DNA of 64,000 nucleotides from Trichosphaerium sp. ATCC 40318 (Eukaryota; Protista; Tubulinea): NCBI GenBank assembly GCA_038496445.1, contig JALMLS010000504.1, positions 1 to 64,000 of the forward strand, read 5' to 3'. Shown piece by piece: positions 60,012 to 64,000 of this stretch (position 1 is its first letter; each line of letters starts with the position of its first letter). The notes under the pieces were generated by a model. It saw only the letters and a program-made list of their open reading frames with translations, ran no database searches and was not told where the DNA came from. The position numbers and the translations under genes were made by a program.

Positions 60012-62671
60012 TTAATAGTGCGTTGCAACAAATAAATGGCCTGCACTTGTTCCACTAGAGAATGTGGTATCAATACAAGATCCAGAGCCTGTCTCTAGTC
60101 TTGCATAAAGAGGGAGGTCAATTGGTAGCTGTGGGATAATTCGTGGAGGTTTCACTCGAACTTTAATGATTGATTTACCATCATGCACAATAACGTGTAC
60201 TCTGTTCAGTCCGTCAGAATAGCGCCAAAGCTATGCGTTTAGATTAGATTATTATATAAAGCATTGAAAAAATCACGTGCCTTGGTACTGCCTATAGTGT
60301 AAGGTCCGCTCCATGCATTGTCCCAAGATTCAAAATTAAATAATCCGATATTCTTCAAATCATCATCGTACAGTCCAAGTGATAAGAACCCAGTTGTAGT
60401 CAAGTCACCGAGGTCTATAGCGGTATCTACATAAATTGAAAGACGTAGGAAGACACTATCGATGATAACTATAGAACTGAGACTTGCATGAGCGCAGAAA
60501 CCTAATTGAAAAGAAGTGAGCTTATTATTTTCATTTCCACAAAAAAAATCAAATTGTACCTCCAACGCTTGTGCTTATATTCCATGATCTTTGGAATTGA
60601 TTATCTGGATCCCAAATACTCTTTAATCTCTCGAGCTTTGGAAGATTCGTACCTACATACAATGTCATTCGCAGGTAGAGGAAAATCGGAAGAAGAAAAA
60701 GAAGTAAATATCAGCTTAACGCACCAAGTCCATCAAAAGGTCTTGCGAATTTGATTGTATTGAGGTTACCATAAATACCACGATCTTGAGATAAGTGAAC
60801 AAGACTATCAGCAAGTCCATCATAGAATGTGCGACCAAGATCGAAAAACGGTGTATTGAGGTACGCCGTAAAGAACCCCCAAAAAAAATCGAAATTTTCT
60901 CGTGGGTAAAATGCAGTTTCGTCACTTGCGATTGTAGTTGCCTTTCCTCCTGCAATTGATAACTCTCCAAACTGGAATAAAGTAATAGGGTTATTAACAT
61001 CAAACCCAGGCATATATCCATCAACAAGTGTATCAAGAACATTGCCCTGAGAAATCCGAGAATTCGAAACCATTCCGTGTCTGTAATAACCTTGAAGTAC
61101 ATTAACGAACTCATACCTTATGAGATCGTCTTCGAACATGTAAGTATGATAATCCTCGTAATCTTGTGGCCATAGAGGAGGTTCATCAACTGCTATGTAT
61201 TCAGGGTAAAAGTCAATAGCATCAACGTTTATCAAAGGCAGAAGACGCATTTTCTTCGTCGCGACAGAATCTGGTCCAAAAAAGATAATTTCCAAGTTGT
61301 ATCTTAAAGTCATGTCATCTCTATCACGTTGTATACTAACACGTGTCATAAAATTCTCGTCATTTATAAGGTCAGGTGTATTGAGAACAGTGTTGAACCA
61401 ATCTTTCTGGAATTGTGTTGCTTCTGCTTCAGGTAGCCTGTAAAAGATATGTCCGCCGTAAAAATTTGTTGCATCGAATACTTTTATTTTGAATCTCGTA
61501 ACAATGCCAAAAGATGGAAGAGCGCCACGAAGTGCAAAGAATAATTCACTGTTTGTGTTCTCATTAGCGACAACTATATCTCCATTAGCTACCACTACTT
61601 CATACTCGAGGACAGCATCGATTGCTAGACCTTGAGTCCTGAACATCCCGCCGTAACCACCATACGACAGAAACCCGCCTAAGATCAAGTCACTTCCTTT
61701 CGATAAAAAAGCTTGTGCTGCCGTACCATATCCAATGGCTGCGCAATTTCCTTGTGCTTGTCCGAGGTTTAGCGGTCCAAGTGTTTGAGTTATATTACCA
61801 ACTAAAACGCCTAGAGAAGAAAGTCAAAACACCTTTAGAGAGCCTTTTTTTATTCAGAGAAAACTATTGAAGTACCACGTGCCTGGTTCAAATTCTACGT
61901 ATTTATTTGTTGGATCGACTACAATTGATTTCATTAGAGAGAAATCAATCTGAACGCCATCAGAAGGAAGAGAAAACCCGTCACTACCGTGTCCACCTTT
62001 TTGAACATTGGTTAGAAAATTCGCATGAAAAGAAAAAAAAAAAAGACGTCAAGTAGTTTTACATCAAGGTGGCTGTAAACCTTTCTGAAAATAACTTCTT
62101 TTAGTTTAATTAATCTCTATGAATATATTACGAGCAATTTTGAGCAAAACCACGTGTCCAAAAATCGATAGTGTTTCAACAAAACAATAACGAACTTTTT
62201 GTAAGCAAAAAAGAAATTTCATCAAACCCGAAATTTAAATCTACTAACCTGCTAAAGCTGTAACTTGCTCGATATCATGCTTCTTAGCAAATTTCATTAC
62301 TTCGCTAACGTCTTGTGAAGATACTGCTTGTATTATTGCACGTGGTTGACCATCTGGTACGTCATTTGGTAAAATAAGAACTTGGTTCCTATAGAACGAT
62401 TAAAAAACCCAAAAAAGACTCAAACTTCCAAAAAGCCTGACTCTTGGCGTGTTTACAACAGAAAAAAGTAAGTTGAACGTACTTTATGTTATCATAGCGG
62501 ATATCTCCAGGAAGAAGTACATTCCCTCCAATAACATCTCGTAGGTCTTGCCATGGTTGCGTTGATGCCAAGAACACGAGTGATAAAAGAAGTAGGGTAA
62601 CCTAAAGACATGGTAACATTAGTTTATTATTTAACTCATAAAAGGTCACGTGCTTGAAGAGGTGTTGCCAT
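60012..62671 (-). CDS. Secreted FAD-linked oxidase (FAD_binding_4 + berberine-bridge-enzyme domain) with C-terminal extension, multi-exon
   Basis: PRAII.A.S.QDVSEVMKFAKKH, GGHG, IDFS.M..I.VD, GGFLSYGGYG..FR..GLAIDAVLEYEVVVANG, ELFFALRG...FGIVT; BBE motif GTNLPKLERLKSIWDPDNQF; ends ...FVATHY*. Confidence 0.88.
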
Positions 62672-62831
62672 CAAGTTTGAAAAGCTTTTCAAAATAACAG
62701 GAACAGAATTACACTATTTTTAGAAGCGCACACGCTAGAAGATTCACACAGTTTTCAATAAATATCAGCGAGCGTCTAGAGGTTTAGTTAAAATCTATTA
62801 CAGTCAAAATCATCCATATAAAATTGAGTTC

Positions 62832-63039
62832 ACCTTTAATTTTCCCGTTGCTCCGCTTGAAAACTCTTGCAGTCACGTGACGTGGCTACAGCGCCGTGAA
62901 TGTCTTATATATTGACGTATACGCCACAACGGCGCAAGATTATGGGCACCACGTAAGAAAGAAATCCCGTTTCAGTGCGCAGTTAATCGCTTGTGCTGTG
63001 TCAACGTACGTCACGGATTACAGTGACAAAAAAAAAAAA
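62832..63039 (+). repeat. Interspersed SINE-like element, module C copy 2, with poly(A) end
   Basis: Near-identical to 34722-34922; ends acagtgac followed by an A-run. Confidence 0.85.
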
Positions 63040-63099
63040 TGAGTATTTGTAAAGTACGCAAACTCTCGCTGATGCTCGCACAACTATTGACATAGGCTT

Positions 63100-63900
63100 C
63101 CTTTCACGCTGAACCGGAGTTAAAACAGTACACTGTAAAGTTTAGAGATGTACCAAAACAAACCTTCAAGTTGTCCCGACACGACCAAACTCATAGCTCT
63201 TGTTTTTTGGGATACTTTTGGAGCAGCAAAATGGGAGCAGAAAGAATGGAAAGTTTTTTTGTATTTCAAGATTTTTTTTTTATTTTACGTAGCTCGACTC
63301 TCCTCTATCTTGTTGAACCTAAGATGACAATTATAAGCTTGATCACCTCTTCAGCAGTCATTTGGTATCCTTTGTATACTGCCAGTACATTTCAAAAAGA
63401 GGTCAATTAGAACCTTCCATTGAGCTTCAACAGAAGATATAGAGCGTCTTGTAAGGTTTTCATTGAAGTTTATCTTCTTTGTTTTTATGTTTATATATTT
63501 TCCACCCAAGTAGTAATACAAATGCAGAAGCGCTAACTTCAGATACACTAACAAAAAAAAATCAGCATCCAAGAGAGAAAGTGAAGAAGAGCTTTCACTG
63601 AGTCGTTCTTTTTCAACCGAAAAAAAAATGCAAAAAAAAAAAATGTCATTTTTAGCGCTGAGAGGCTGTATCACGGGTTCACGATGACCCATGATGTAGT
63701 TTAAATTAAAGCGTACCGCCATAGCCACCATGACACGATGGCAAAGTCCTCAGAAGGCAAAAACTGCCAAGCACCGTAAACTCCTAATCCAGCTGCAACG
63801 CCAAAGAAAGCAGCGTAGAATGAAGCAATCACTGCTGCAGTGCCGGCATACACAACACAAAAAAAAGGCATAAAAGCAAGTGAAAGCATCACTTTAGGTA
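63100..63900 (-). CDS. Fragment of an unidentified membrane protein gene (probably continues beyond the window)
   Basis: Hydrophobic exon LSLAFMPFFCVVYAGTAAVIASFYAAFFGVAAGLGVYGAWQF (63701-63892) with further short exon-like segments downstream. Confidence 0.35.
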
Positions 63901-64000
63901 CAATATCGGCTACAGTGTCTACAAAAAAAGAGCGTGAGGGTTGTTTTAACGCAAAATAAAGTTATTCGTTAAATAAACAATAAACGCAATTCCCACGTAC

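Overview
AT-rich eukaryotic genomic DNA with many short (~35-120 nt) introns. The gene content (family-3 GPCR, receptor tyrosine-kinase-like kinases, PH-AGC kinase, MACPF proteins) is most consistent with an amoebozoan-like protist; this is inference. About 22 protein-coding loci or remnants are recognisable. They include an AMSH/STAMBP JAMM deubiquitinase, a class C GPCR disrupted by a 5'-truncated RNase H-bearing non-LTR retrotransposon (14-bp TSD), a secreted esterase, GPI-type surface proteins, two paralogous receptor kinases, seven F-box(-like) fusion genes (LRR x2, MORN-variant x2, SPRY, PH, unknown), a strictosidine-synthase-like gene, Akt/PKB, a SAM methyltransferase, a GH16 pseudogene and a BBE-type FAD oxidase. 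Main highlights: (1) a head-to-head pair of perforin-like genes 135 bp apart, one encoding two tandem MACPF domains separated by a linker with two KR|S sites, the other a membrane-tethered MACPF on a mucin stalk; (2) a tRNA-Gly(UCC) gene followed by four ~180-bp tRNA-derived tandem units plus an inverted copy of the same locus without the array; (3) roughly 60 CACGTG palindromes counted by eye (about ten times expectation), some coinciding with unusually frequent GC-AG intron donors. Exon boundaries were inferred by eye and are approximate.
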